NCBI RefSeq assembly: GCF_947568905.1
Contig: NC_079167.1
Location: forward strand, 33,294,001 to 33,358,000
DNA: 64,000 bases
Origin: Ostrea edulis
Lineage: Eukaryota
Direction: 5' to 3'
Shown: positions 23,101 to 32,705 of the stretch, piece by piece
Numbering within the stretch: position 1 is the stretch's first letter
Layout: each line of letters opens with the position of its first letter
Program-made: the position numbers and the translations under genes
Notes under the pieces: model-generated
Seen by the model: the letters and a program-made list of their open reading frames with translations, nothing else
Told to the model about the DNA's origin: nothing
Databases searched by the model: none

Positions 23101-26100
23101 CTTAAGATGTACATGGGTTGCTGCTATCTGTTTGTGTTGTACAGGGCAATGGATTTTAACTTGGAGATACACTCTGCGTAAATACTGTATCAAATCTTGT
23201 ACATCCCTCTGTCAATGATCCAAGTGTATGGTAAAGTTTGATAAAGTATATGTATTTCTCTTGGTACCTCATCCTCTGGGGATACAGGTTAGAACAAGTC
23301 CTCAGTACCCCTTGCTTGTCGTAAGAGGCGACTAGATGGGGCAGTCCTTCGGATGAGACCGCAAAAATTAAGATCCCATGTCACAGCAGGTGTGGCATGA
23401 TAAAAATTCCTCCCTGCTCAAAGGCCGTAAGTGCTGAGCATAGGCCCAAATTTTTCAGCCCTTTACCAGCAATGGTCACCATATGTGTGAAAAATTCTCG
23501 ACCAGGACGTTACACAATATAAAACCATTCAACTTTGTTACCTCTACCAATTCATTTTTGATTAGTTTTATCATTGGTCATGATAACCTTGTTTTAGGAT
23601 CACATGTTGTGTAGTACAGGTATGAATTTCACTAGAAAGTCATTTGTAAGCATCAAAATGAGATTGATACTTAATAAAATGTGAGAGAGCAATTGTTACC
23701 CCTTTGGAGTTTTATGTAATTGCAAGTAGTCTTATATGCTATAACACATTGTTATTGTGTATATTCATTAAGTGAGTAACGAGTATCTTCTGCAGATAAA
23801 AATTTTGCAATTCGATCCTTAATAGGAAACAAATTATTTTCTGCATTTCCAATTTTTCTGGTTGCATTATACCTATATATATACCTATATGTGTCTATAT
23901 ATATACATGTGTAGAAACACGACTGAAGAAGACCGGTAACACGGTCGAAATATTTCGACTAAGTGTTTAGAGTTTTTATATATATATATAAATATAAATA
24001 ATATATACTGTATTGCGATTTTAATTTTCGGTATTGCGATTTTAATTTTCTGTAAAAACGGACTGTACTGTTTTACTATTTGTACATTTTTACTATTTGT
24101 ATTGTTTTTCACAGTGAGCAGGTTCTACACTTATGGCTGGAGACACTATGTTCCTGTATGGACATTGTAGAGAAATGGTATCACCCCTGGTCGTTCATGC
24201 GCAGTCCCGGATGGGTACAGATCAAATGTGAACTGAGGTAAGTACAATTTTAAGTACAGTTATAGTTACAATCATATACAGCTATAATGTAAAGGTGTTG
24301 TCGGTACTCGTTGTTTAACATAGATTTTAATGCATGCTATTTGAAATTTAGTGCACCCTTGCTGTTGTGGGAACACCTTTGTATAAAATATATTTTGATT
24401 TGCATCTACCTTCTTCATAGACATATATCCTTTGTGAAAGTTTTGTGTGTAATAATAATACTGTATAGCAGGAAATTAAATCGCAGAGTTAATTTTCGAT
24501 ATATTTGCTGAAACAAAATTTCCGCGAATTTAACATTCAGTGAATTAATCTTTCCTATTGAAGGATATTAAGATTTGTTTTTCCGCGAATTAAACCAACC
24601 ACGATTTGTTGCTAAATGAAAAAATCACGATTTTTTCTGACCGCGATATTAACCTGCTATACAGTATGCTGAGAAAAAGAAAAATCACTGTTGTTAACCA
24701 GAGTTCTAAAGCATATGATATAGCTGAAATGCAGCATCTAAAGCCTACACTAAGCAGATAGATAAATCATATGCAGCTTCGATATTCAATAAATAGAATG
24801 ATATGATTACAGTAACATTGATATTTACTTCCAAATCAAGGGAAAAACTCGTAAGGAAGCAAATCTAGCCATCCTTTACTGTATTCAAGAACATAGACCT
24901 TTAAGAAATAAATTTCATTTTTGAACTGCAACACTTCACTCTGGCATGCGACACATTAATGCTTCATGAAAAGCATGCCAGCGTTAAGTTTTGGAGTTCA
25001 TGTGTACTTCATGTATTTTCAGAAATGAAATAAATTTCTTATTTTTACATTTCTACTTTGAAATTCATTTCTGTTGGAATTTCCGGCCGTTTGAATAGAC
25101 ATACAATATTCATTAAGATTCATACGCTCATTGTTCACAACTGCAGGGCATTCATGAGGAAATGTTTATCATTACAATTTGTAATGATATCAAAGGCAGA
25201 AACATTGGAAATGTAAATATTTAAGAATGAACAGATTATGAATACTGTAAAGAGTTAGGAAACAGTGAAACATCAGAGGGTGTCTCGTGTAACCCTCACT
25301 TCTGACTTCGTGGCTGCCTGCTGATGATGAGTTGATATATTGTGGTTTATTACAGGCTTTTGGCTCAGTTTGCCTTTAATCTGTCCATGGATTGGGAATT
25401 ACAAGTCAGCAAAAAGAAATCTCCGACTTTCTCAATCACAAAATCTGTCCAAGACATTCTCATCAAGCACCACCTCTTCAGTTGGGAAATATGATTCAAA
25501 ATGAAATTATTTTACACATGATTGAATGTGCAATAGAATTTCCACACCAGTCAAGTACACATGTACATTTACATTGTACAAATATTTTTTTAGAATTTGT
25601 ATTGATGCTCACCAAGAAACCTTTGAAGATCATGAGATGAAAATTGTCTTGTATTTTTTGTTTCCCATGTTAAGGAATTGGGAGTTTTGCCTGACTTAAT
25701 ATATAGGCACTTCTATGAAAATCAGTCACACAATTTATCTGTATTTTACAAATTGCAGCAAATCCCAAACATTCCAGCAATATTGAGTATGCTTATGATT
25801 GAACATGAGCAGCTGAAAATATCATACCATAGTTACGCAATCAGTCAAAATACATCTCATACATGTGCTTTGGGGGTTTCCTATAGGAATTTTCTGTTGA
25901 GCTTTGTCATGCAGTAGATGTTTTTGTTCTAGTTACCTGCATGTTCTGTGGTGGTGGATTTCATATCAATATTAAAATGGAAGTCTTTCTATTGAAACAT
26001 TTTGTTAAAAGCTGTAGTAGCACTTATTCTGATGAGAAATAATTTTTGAAAAATGAAGAGCTAATTTTAGATTTGTAAAGCAATTCCTGATGCTTTGTTA

Positions 26101-29100
26101 ATTTCAACAGAGTCTTGTCTCAGTTGGCTTTCAACTTGTCTCCGGAATGGGAAATACCTAAACGAGGAACTCCACAAAAAGCACAGGTCAAAAATGGCGT
26201 ACGAGATATGCTTATTAAGCATCACCTGTTTAGTTGGGAGATATGAGTAAAACACATGTCAGATGTAGATAATGGTGAAGGCCCACTCTGATATGATATG
26301 ATATCAAGACAACACTTCATATATGTATGTCATTAGAGTGTTAAGTTAGATGTATAGATTCTCTTAACAGCAAAATACAAAACAGGGGTACAACTTCCTT
26401 GTTGGATAGCTCAGAAAGTTTACAACCTGGGAAATGTTTGCAATGTTGTCAGTGGTACATACAGGGCATATATTGCCCTTGCCATAGGCATCGTCTCGAG
26501 TTTTATCATTGGATTCCCATTGTCCGTTAAAGGTTTTACTGGTAACCCCATAACTTAAATTGCATCAGTATTTGTAATTCGTACCAGTATCAACTGTATT
26601 AGGGGTGTTTGTCATCGGCAGTCACTGGCTACCTGTAGTAACAACCGTGCATTTTCAGAAAGGAAATCCAATTAATGTGATGGCAGTTCCTCTTAACATG
26701 AAAAATGTTGTCATACTACAACTAGAAAATGATTTTTCATTATCCTTAAATTACAGGTAGATAATTAAATATTTTAAATTTTCCAATCCTTTTTGAATTA
26801 AAAAAAACAATTCTCTCCTAAAAGTGTTATCTATGGATGTCTAAATTTTAACGCAGATAAAGTTCCAGACGGTTGAATAGGTCACACATGTGGAAGACTA
26901 CGGTCAGTCACCTTTATACTGAGAATAATTACTGAGTAGTAAAAGCCCATATTGATGATTGTACAAGGCTGCAATTGGCATGTAAGATAGGGGACCCATA
27001 GAAACACCAGGTCAATGACATTAGTGCTAAAGATATACCAGTGGTTCGTTAAATCACTGATTGGTACCATCAGCAGCTGCCTAATTCAAATTAGATGATA
27101 GATCTACCCACACACTCCTTACACTGACCTTGTGTAGTGAAATGAGGGAACGGATCAAAAGATCTAACTTTAATCGGCAAAATAGTTGAACAAGTATCAC
27201 TGTTGGTTTAAGTCAAGGTCACAAAGTTACTATTCGCTAGTAGTAAACAAGCCAAGCTCTTTCCAATAACATACATGTACATGTATAAATTTTCCTGCAG
27301 CAAGATTTGATGATATAGTGTGTGTGTTGATCTATAAATGAATTCTCCTCTCCTAATGACAAAGGTCATGTGTCAGGTTAGTGTAAGAATTAATTAAAGT
27401 ATGAAAATATGGGGGTGGGGGTGGGGTGGGGGGACACATAGATATCAAAATTTTTATTGGGGAATATTGTGGTGTGCTAAAGTAATAAATTATTTATTCA
27501 AAACATGACTGCATGCATGCTAAGCAGCTGTGTTTACCTTTGGTGTGCAATGGTGTGATCAGTGCATTTGTATAATCACACGTGGATATAGGTATCAGAT
27601 TATCTAAAAGTGACTCCACAGATATTTTGATAAAATTCAGAATAGATCTTGACAGTTTCTTTATGGTTAATTCCCGTCTCATTTTGATGCTTATAAAATA
27701 CTTCAGTGCTACTGTGTAAATTAGGATGTATATACTATTTGTTGATGTTGAAGACAGCCTAATTTTTTCAGTGTATGAAAATAAATAAAATGATGACCGA
27801 GGCTAGGATTTCATAAAAAATATAAAAGTATCGAATTCTGATCTTGTAGGTGTCATATTAAAGATCTTTTTAAGGACTATTATTCAGGATTCACCCCCAT
27901 CAAAAGGTCTCTCTGAATCTAATGTTTCCCATCACCAGGGTCATCTTCGGTGAAATTTTAGCCAAATTCACCCATCATTATTATCTAGTACTCGGGCCAC
28001 AAAATACCTGAATAAAAAAAGGTAGCCCCAGGTAATAACTAAACTTGCATATACATGTATAGACATTAAAGAGTGGCATGCAAATTTGAATGAAGGCAAG
28101 CTCAGGTGTACAAGACCAATGTCACACCTGTGTGATTTTCAGACTTCAAATCAAACTGAAAGTGAAACTTGATAGATGAAATTTTTGTAACCTCACTGAG
28201 CTATCAAATTCTCATTGGATACCCAGACTGCTATGTGTAATATCAGGATCATTCCTTCACTAGTTCTCAGTCTCTCAATATGTGTACTAACATTTCATGC
28301 TGCCTGTAGATGGAACATTTTATAATACAACAAATCTTTTTTTGTTTATTGATGTTAGGCACTTTGGGTTATTTCATATTAAAGTAATTTGATAATATCC
28401 AGTTTTTGTTACCTTTACTGCAAAGAATTGAAATCCATCTGTATAAATGTTCAATATAGTATTGTGATACTCTTTTGTTTTTGTTAGTTTTCTCAGGATG
28501 TTGTAATGAAATCCATTCTTTTTATGTTGTAACACCTATTTGTTGTGTTCTGAATTGAACTTATTATTTGAAATTTTATTTATATGAATAAAAAAGGCTC
28601 CCTATGTTTTATACTCTATTATACACACTGTTGACAACTGTTAATAAATACATTGCAATAATACATTTACTTTTTGTTTTAACTCTGTTTATTTGTACTC
28701 TTAATTTAAAGTATGAATACTGTAAACCAGCTTCTATTCACAGCTACTTTATTTCGCGATTCACCTGTGGTAAACTGGTTTGCGACAAGTGTTTTTCACG
28801 ATCGAGCCTTTTTCATTACAGATGACAGACATTCATGTACTGGACGGCAATGAGAAATATTCATGACAATTAGGTTCTCGCTAATGTCGCGAAATTTTCT
28901 CACACGCAAATAAAAGTTGGTTTTCAGTATACAACATGATATAGGTTAGTCCGAAATATACGTTTTCCAGACTTTTTTATGATTTTGATATTTACTGTGC
29001 CAGGAAAACGTCAGATCCGGCGCCATTACGTAAACTGGAAATTTGCCACCTCCAGCTGGAGGCGGCATTCTCGGGCCGATTTTAAATACTTGCGAGCCGA

Positions 29101-29783
29101 ATTTAATGTTAAACTCATAATTTTTCAATAAAACGATGCTTCCTGTTCTTACTAATATCTATTAAAAGAGTGATATCTTCTCCAAAATTCGATAACAGAA
29201 GCACGCAATTTGTAGTCAACCGAATTTGAGCGAACGAGTCACGTGACTCAAAACAGCTCGACAGTTTGTTAAAATGTTTTCTTGAGGCTGTTTATGTGCT
29301 TAAAGTACCCATAAAATCGATATTAGCAAGTACAGGAAGCATCGTTTTATTGATTAATTATGAGTTTAACATTAAATTCGGCTCGCAAGTATTTAAAATC
29401 GGCCCCAGAATGCCGCATCCAGCTGGAGGCGGTGAATTTCCAGTTTACGTAATGGCGCCGGTTCTGACGTTTTCCTGGCACGGTAAATATCAAAATCATA
29501 AAAAAGCCAGGAAAACGTCAGATATTTTGGACTAGATATAGGTATTTATAAAGAAAGTGAATTTGCAGTACAAATATTTATACTTTATGGCACTTGGAGG
29601 CGTGTATGTATAAATATAATTTTCTTCACCTGATCTGTTCATTTCAGACTTTTATCCCAGTTTTCATTCAAGCTTTCAAGGGATTGGGAAATCCCACATC
29701 AGACAAAAACTTCCTACCAGCCATTGAAGGAAGGCGTGAAAGATATGTTGGTTAAACATCATCTGTTTAGCTGGGACCTGTAA
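11107..29783 (+). CDS. SGSM3: Small G protein signaling modulator 3 (RUN and TBC1 domain-containing protein 3): TBC-SH3-RUN, 19 shared coding exons plus 3 alternative last exons, 802-803 aa
   Basis: Exons: 11107-11173, 11435-11610, 13114-13180, 13791-13921, 15352-15546, 15935-16069, 16424-16540, 16823-16901, 17269-17414, 18484-18579, 18708-18839, 19506-19694, 20157-20312, 20853-21016, 21591-21684, 21808-21878, 22297-22345, 22576-22661, 24115-24237, then 25356-25494 or 26111-26246 or 29648-29783. All phases are compatible; 2273 nt shared plus 136 or 139 nt. Hallmarks: [90 protein letters not shown]. Confidence 0.96.
11435..11610 (+). CDS. SGSM3: SGSM3 exon 2
   Basis: tttcag|TT GAG...; [21 protein letters not shown]; donor CCA|GTAGGT. 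Confidence 0.9.
11927..12413. mobile_element. Foldback MITE built from gagaactcgtaccca sub-repeats (SGSM3 intron 2)
   Basis: About 95 bp at the left end is the reverse complement of the right end; a related partial copy lies at 59690-60100. Confidence 0.75.
13114..13180 (+). CDS. SGSM3: SGSM3 exon 3
   Basis: [22 protein letters not shown]; tag| acceptor, G|GTGTGT donor. Confidence 0.9.
13250..13421. repeat. 43-bp tandem repeat x4 (intron 3)
   Basis: Unit agccatggaatactgcctgtatacttattttagcaggattcat. Confidence 0.92.
13791..13921 (+). CDS. SGSM3: SGSM3 exon 4
   Basis: [44 protein letters not shown]. Confidence 0.95.
14176..14326. other. Imperfect ~150-bp inverted repeat (hairpin) in intron 4
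   Basis: Left arm tcaatttcacattttggggatg...gatgtcaaggtttcgtga pairs with right arm tcacaaaacctttgacattg...catcccccaaatgtgaaattga; arms ~60 bp, loop ~30 nt. Confidence 0.75.
15352..15546 (+). CDS. SGSM3: SGSM3 exon 5 (TBC domain start)
   Basis: [33 protein letters not shown]...KQIEK. Confidence 0.96.
15935..16069 (+). CDS. SGSM3: SGSM3 exon 6 (TBC catalytic motifs)
   Basis: [12 protein letters not shown]...[12 protein letters not shown]; carries the arginine and glutamine fingers. Confidence 0.96.
16424..16540 (+). CDS. SGSM3: SGSM3 exon 7 (followed by a GC-AG intron)
   Basis: [39 protein letters not shown]; donor CAG|GCAAGA. Confidence 0.92.
16823..16901 (+). CDS. SGSM3: SGSM3 exon 8
   Basis: [26 protein letters not shown]. 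Confidence 0.94.
17269..17414 (+). CDS. SGSM3: SGSM3 exon 9
   Basis: [49 protein letters not shown]. Confidence 0.96.
18484..18579 (+). CDS. SGSM3: SGSM3 exon 10
   Basis: [32 protein letters not shown]. Confidence 0.93.
18708..18839 (+). CDS. SGSM3: SGSM3 exon 11
   Basis: [30 protein letters not shown]...NLPKQ. Confidence 0.93.
19160..19499 (+). mobile_element. Helentron-associated non-autonomous element (HINE-like) abutting the exon 12 acceptor
   Basis: Starts and ends in T-runs. Left sub-terminal hairpin gttccctactgg..ccggaggggac, then tctg/tcca microsatellite-like stretch; right sub-TIR ccggtaggggac followed by a short terminal segment ending gcttgttttt. Confidence 0.65.
19506..19694 (+). 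CDS. SGSM3: SGSM3 exon 12
   Basis: [12 protein letters not shown]...[35 protein letters not shown]. Confidence 0.95.
20157..20312 (+). CDS. SGSM3: SGSM3 exon 13 (SH3 N-half)
   Basis: [11 protein letters not shown]...[26 protein letters not shown]. Confidence 0.96.
20853..21016 (+). CDS. SGSM3: SGSM3 exon 14 (SH3 C-half)
   Basis: [34 protein letters not shown]...TITDLVRG(T). Confidence 0.96.
20996..21378 (+). repeat. 51/63-bp minisatellite made from the exon 14 end and its 5' splice site, 7 copies
   Basis: Unit cacagacctcgtcagggg(g/a)acGTAAGTctgatacagatttaatgtcactgt; GTAAGT at 21017, 21068, 21119, 21182, 21233, 21296, 21347. Confidence 0.95.
21591..21684 (+). CDS. SGSM3: SGSM3 exon 15 (RUN domain start)
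   Basis: [31 protein letters not shown]. Confidence 0.96.
21808..21878 (+). CDS. SGSM3: SGSM3 exon 16
   Basis: [23 protein letters not shown](R). Confidence 0.95.
22061..22088. repeat. Poly-G tract (28 nt) in intron 16
   Basis: Direct reading. Confidence 0.9.
22297..22345 (+). CDS. SGSM3: SGSM3 exon 17
   Basis: [16 protein letters not shown]. Confidence 0.95.
22576..22661 (+). CDS. SGSM3: SGSM3 exon 18
   Basis: [28 protein letters not shown](N). Confidence 0.95.
22696..22949. mobile_element. Fold-back (self-inverted) SINE copy in intron 18
   Basis: Forward 5' half of the SINE family seen at 62112-62375, followed directly by the same segment in reverse orientation. Confidence 0.8.
23272..23530 (+). 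mobile_element. SINE-like repeat (same family as 43596-43860 and 62112-62375)
   Basis: Shared gttagaa..gtcctcagtaccccttgcttgtcgtaagaggcgacta..ttcggatgagaccgc..tgtcacagcaggtgtggca core. Confidence 0.85.
23915..23968 (+). ncRNA. Minimal type I hammerhead-ribozyme-like motif (PLE-terminus type) between TA tracts
   Basis: cga-CTGAAGA-a-gaccg(gtaaca)cggtc-GAAA-ta-TT-tcg: core motifs, 5-bp stem II, palindromic AATATT stem III, stem I cga/tcg extended by aaacac/gtgttt. There is one extra A after CUGANGA. Activity untested. Confidence 0.5.
24115..24237 (+). CDS. SGSM3: SGSM3 exon 19 (last shared exon)
   Basis: [40 protein letters not shown]; phase-2 donor AG|GTAAGT. Confidence 0.96.
24461..24664. 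mobile_element. 204-bp MITE
   Basis: TIR CTGTATAGCAGG...CCTGCTATACAG with TA on both sides. Confidence 0.8.
25356..25494 (+). CDS. SGSM3: SGSM3 alternative terminal exon 20a
   Basis: ttattacag|G; (R)[45 protein letters not shown]; ATTAAA at 25971. Confidence 0.85.
26111..26246 (+). CDS. SGSM3: SGSM3 alternative terminal exon 20b
   Basis: tttcaacag|A; (R)[44 protein letters not shown]; AATAAA at 28587 and 28643. Confidence 0.9.
28718..28929. mobile_element. ~210-bp MITE-like element
   Basis: Imperfect TIRs tactgtaaaccagctt / aagttggttttcagta. Confidence 0.55.
28947..29534. mobile_element. 588-bp foldback DNA transposon derivative with 9-bp TSD (AcademH-like, or MULE-like)
   Basis: Termini TAGTCC...GGACTA; ~210-bp inverted arms (the mirrored ORFs 28946-29128 and 29266-29535 reflect them); perfect TSD GATATAGGT at 28938-28946 and 29535-29543. 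Confidence 0.88.
29648..29783 (+). CDS. SGSM3: SGSM3 alternative terminal exon 20c (closest to the vertebrate C-terminus as I recall it)
   Basis: catttcag|A; (R)[44 protein letters not shown]; AATAAA at 31280. Confidence 0.92.
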
Positions 29784-30119
29784 TCTGTTAAATTGGGATT
29801 TAATATATCAGATGAAATGGGATAATTTTTATCAGTTGAATATTGAAATACATGTATATCATTTGAATCTATTATATCAGTTGAATTGGGATAAATTACA
29901 TGTTCTGTAAAACGGCAAAAATTTGTGGTGGTTTGATTTCTGCTAATTTTACAACAAGCAGTTAGTTGTGAACATCAGCTCTCATGGAAATATTTGCATT
30001 AAAGCTTTTGAGTTCCTATTGTCATTAGCTTTACGAAATTGAACTCAAGTGACCAGATTTAAGGTTAGAATTTATGAGCTTTACTCCTTTGCATGTTTTT
30101 CTTGTATTACTAACAGTAC

Positions 30120-30415
30120 ATCAGCTGATTTCAGATCTATTGTATCATTTATACTTGGATCTATCATACCAGCTGAATTGGGATCTATTATATCAGCTGA
30201 ATTGGGATCTATCACATCAACTGAATTGGGATCTATTATATCAGTTGAATTGGGATCTACAATGTATTTCATCAGTGGAATTTGGATCTATTATATCAGC
30301 TGAATTTGGATCTATTATATCAGCTGAATTGGGATCTATTATATCAGCTGAATTGGGATCTATTATATCAGTGGAATTGGGATCTATTATATCAGCTGAA
30401 TTGGAATCTATTTTA
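30120..30415. repeat. 24-bp minisatellite (~11 copies) in the putative 3'UTR of exon 20c
   Basis: Unit atcagctgaattgggatctattat. Confidence 0.88.
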
Positions 30416-31395
30416 TCACTTATTGTACTTCAGAACATACCTGGATTAAGATCTAAATACTGCAGCATGTTAGAATGTGACCTAATTCTGTTTTCTTTTT
30501 GATTTTCTGCTTGGTTTTGATATGAACACAAATACCAAGGTATGTTGCTATCGGAACTTTAGTTGACTGAGAAACGTTGATTGGTTACAGGGGTGGATCC
30601 AGAAAATTGACAGGGGACAGGGGATTGCATCCCAGTTTTGTACCTTTTCCACCCAGAAGGGGGAAGGGGGAGTGGAGAGCCGAAACTGTCAAAAAATAAT
30701 TTTGTTAGAAATGTTGAACCCCCTTAATGCCCTTCTTAATATGCCACTGTGTGATTGATTGATTCATTGAACACAGTCTTGTGTATTGGGTCTAAATCGT
30801 GGATCTTGCATTTTCCCTTTCAATTCTGTTTCAAACCAAAACAGTTATTAGTTTTGAGTTTTCATTTTCCATCATCTTGCCAGTATTGTAATGCAAGTAC
30901 TAAAATATATATTTTTGCATCAACCCAGAACATTGATATCTCTCAGCTTTTCTTAAGGACTGCACTATGGACATTTGCTACATACCACAATACACTGAGA
31001 GTCTCTACATACACGCGCAGGACTCGATCCAGTCTTGTTATATCTGTCTGTGATATGTATTTTTGATGTTTTATAAGTGTGTTGCTGTGCTGCATTATTT
31101 TAAATGAACGGAAATGGGGAACTTCTATTTCTTATAGAGATGCCGATATAACGGTGGATGAAAGGACACAAATAGACAATCAAAAATATGCTGGAATTGG
31201 AAGGAATGCTTGAATTATTTTTGAGAAAGTTAACTTTAGACTATATAGTAATTGTCATTTAGATTTAACCCATTCATTAAATAAAATATGAGAAATTACT
31301 GGTTTTCATTTGAATGTTATGTAGTAATGGTGAATTGGGTGGGTAGAGGTGGACAGAGCTCTACTTTTCATCTTCTTGCGCTCTTTCCTACCCCC

Positions 31396-32108
31396 TTTTT
31401 AGGTCACCTGAATCATTCAGGTGACCTATTGCTATCTGTTTTTGTCCGTCGTCGTTCGTCGTGCATTAACATTTGAACATTTTCAGCTTCTTCTCTGAAA
31501 CACCTGAACCAATTTCAACCAATTTTGGCATATAGCATCAGTGGGTGGAGGGGAACAAAAATTGTGAAATTTGTGGTCCCTGCCCCCCTGGGGCCTGAGG
31601 GGTGGGGCAAAAACCATCAAAATGAGTGTAATTTTAAAAAATCTTCTTCTTTACTCCTGGACATCAAGAAGCCAAACTGTGGGCATAATTATAATGAGCG
31701 TTGAGCCCTCTACCAAAATTGTGAAATTCATGGCCCCTGGGGCAGGGGTTCTTGTGTTAGGGTGGGGCTCTATTGGTCATATAGTAAAAATGTAGAAATT
31801 CTTTGAAAATCTTCTTCTCTGTCTCTGGGTATTAAGTAGACAAACTAATAGCATGGTAATGATGAGCAAGGATGCCTCTTTAAAAATTGTGAAATTCATA
31901 GCCCCTGGATCAGGGGTTCTGGTGTGTTAGGGTGGGGCTCTATTGGTCATATAGTGAAAATGTAGAAATTCTTTGAAAATCTTCTTCTCTGTCTCTGGGT
32001 ATTAAGTAGACAAACTAATAGCATGGTAATGATGAGCAAGGATGCCTCTTTAAAAATTGTGAAATTCATGGCCCCTGGATCAGGAGTTCTGGTGCTAGGG
32101 TGGGGCTC

Positions 32109-32158
<50 letters not shown>

Positions 32159-32705
32159 GTCCTTGGGTATTAAGTAGACAAACCAATAGCATGGTTATGA
32201 TGAGCAAGTATGCCTCTTTCAAAATTGTGAAATTCATGGCCCCTGGGTCAGGGGTTCTGGTATTAGGGTGGGGCCCTATTGATCATATAGTGAAAATGCA
32301 TTTTATTTCTTTGAAAATCTTCTCCTCTGCTGCTGGGTATTAAGTAGACAAACTAATAGTATGATAATGATGATCAAGGATGCTTCTTTCAAAACTGAAA
32401 TTTATGGCCCCTGGGTCAGGAGTTCTGGTGCAAAGGCAGGGCTGATTGATTATATAGTGAAAATGCAATATTTCTTTGAAAATCTTCTTCTATGTTACTG
32501 GGTATTAGGTAGCCAAACTAATAGCATAGTTATGATGAGCATGGATGACTCTCCTGAAATTCATGGCCCCAGGGTTAGGGGTTCTGGTGTTTGGGCGGGG
32601 CCCTATTGATCTTATATAGTGAAAATGCATTTTATTTCTTTGAAAATCTTCTTCTCTGCCCCTGGGTATTAAGTAGACAAACTAATAGCATGGTTCTGAT
32701 GAGCA
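31396..32705 (+). mobile_element. HINE (Helentron-associated) element carrying a ~168-bp satellite array (~6 units)
   Basis: Starts tttttAGGTCACCTGAatcatTCAGGTGACCT (sub-terminal hairpin) plus gtccgtcgtcgt microsatellite; units begin gtgaaattcatggcccc at 31721, 31889, 32059, 32227, ~32396, ~32556. Confidence 0.85.

Noticed and set aside
28946-29535. Duplicated small protein ORFs ([14 protein letters not shown]...)
   Set aside because: They are mirror images produced by the transposon's inverted arms.
25356-29783. Triplicated last exon as an assembly or haplotype artefact
   Set aside because: The copies are highly diverged at nucleotide level and their flanks are unrelated; artefacts would be near-identical.
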